NCBI RefSeq assembly: GCF_009914755.1
Contig: NC_060926.1
Strand: one strand, 5' to 3'
DNA from: the human T2T-CHM13v2.0 reference genome, Homo sapiens
Length of the DNA stretch: 64,000 nt
In this document: positions 62,610 through 64,000 of the stretch, piece after piece
How positions within the stretch are numbered: the first letter of the stretch is position 1
Layout: each line of letters starts with the position of its first letter
The notes under the pieces: generated by a model
Told to the model about the DNA's origin: nothing
Databases searched by the model: none
What the model saw: only the letters and a program-made list of their open reading frames with translations
Made by a program: the position numbers and the translations under genes

Positions 62610-64000
62610 CTTTTTTAAAATTGATAAATAATGGATGTACACATTTTTGAGGTACACATGATAACAATACATTCATATAATTTGTAAGGATCAAATCAGT
62701 GCAATTGGGATATATATATTACCTTAAATATGTGTCTGTTCTTTATGGTGGAAGCATTCAAATTATTATTTTTAAACTATTTTGAAATACACAATAGATT
62801 CTGGTAAACTATAGTCACCCTACTGATCTATCAAATACTAGGTTTTATTTCTTCTACCAAAGTGTACATTTGATAAAAGAAATTAATCAACCTCTCTTCA
62901 TCCTCCCGTCTACCCTTCCTGGCCTCTGGTAATTACCAATCTACTGCCTTATGAGATCCACCTTTTTGGCTCCCATATGAGTGAGAACATGTGAAATTTG
63001 TCTGGATTTATTTCACTTAACATAATGACCCCCAGTTCCACCCATGTTGCTGCAAATGACAGAATTTTATTCTTTATTATGGCTGAATAATATTCCATTA
63101 TGTGTATATACCACATTTTCTGTATCCATTCATCCATTGGTGGACACTTAGGTTGGTTTTATATTTTGACTATTGCTAATAGTGCTGCAATAATTATGGG
63201 AGTGCAGATATCTTTAACATATTGAATTTATTTTCTTTGGATATATATTCAATAGTGGGATTGCTGAAATATCTGGTAGTTTTATTTTTAGTTTTTTAAG
63301 GAACCGCCACACAGTTTTCCATAGTAGCTATACTAATTTATATTCCTATCAACGTTTTATGACAGTTTCCCTTTCTTCCCATCCTTGCCAGCATTTATTA
63401 TTCCCTGCTTTTTGATAAAAGTCGTTTTAACTGGGGTGAGATGATATTTCATGGTTTTGATTTGCATTTCTGTGATGGTCAGTGATGTTGAGCATTTTTT
63501 CATGTATGTGTTGGCCATTTGTTTGTCTTCTTTTGAAAAATGTGTATTCAAATCTTTTGCCCATTTTTAATCAGATTATTATTATTATTATTTTGCTATT
63601 AAGTTGTTTGAGCTCCTTATATATTCTGGCTATTAATCCCTGACAGAAGTATACTTTGAAGATATTTTCTTCCAATCTGTGGATTGTGTCTTTACTTTGT
63701 TGATTTTTTTTTTTTTTTTGCTGTGCAGAAGCATTTTAGCTTGATATAATCCTATTTGTCCATTTTTGCTTTGATTGCCTATGCTTTTAAGGTCTTATAC
63801 AAAAAAAATTTGCCTAGACCAATGTACTGGAGCATTTCTCCAATGTTTTTTCCTGGTAGTTTCCTAGTTTCAGGCCTTAGATTTAAGCCTTTAATCCATT
63901 TTTATTGATTTCTGGATATGGCAAGAAACAGTGATCTAGTTTCATTCTTCTTCATATGGAATATTCAGTTTTCCCAGCACCATTTATTGCATCATTTGTT
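62610..64000 (-). mobile_element. L1MA 3' end and ORF2 tail, running off the window
   Basis: cccatatgagtgagaacatg, tttgatttgcatttc..tgatg..agtgatgttgagcatttttt; ORFs DEWIQKMWYIHIMEYYSA and [13 protein letters not shown] are L1 ORF2. Confidence 0.93.

Overview
Human (primate) genomic DNA with no recognisable protein-coding exon. A CpG island at ~40.75-41.9 kb holds the probable promoter and first exon of a minus-strand gene (5' splice donor CCAG|GTGAG at 40866). Positions 1-40865 would then be its long first intron and 42-64 kb its upstream flank. I cannot identify the gene with certainty. Roughly half or more of the window is interspersed repeat: about 27 Alu/FLAM/FAM copies (including a young AluYd8-type element with a perfect TSD), a MER11 solo LTR, many MaLR LTRs (MLT1/MST/THE1), L1/L2/CR1/MIR fragments and DNA transposon fossils. 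Nearly all listed ORFs are Alu, low-complexity or GC-island artefacts. I found no convincing novel biological system. The most notable observations are: two THE1 LTRs inserted head-to-head 21 bp apart inside one AluJ; readable fossil transposases of three lineages (hAT-Charlie, piggyBac, hAT-Tip100); an old 165-bp local duplication of transposase sequence; a ~415-bp polypurine tract grown from an Alu tail; and an inverted Alu pair sharing private variants. Repeat family names come from recall of consensus sequences, not a database search, and boundaries are approximate unless a TSD is quoted.
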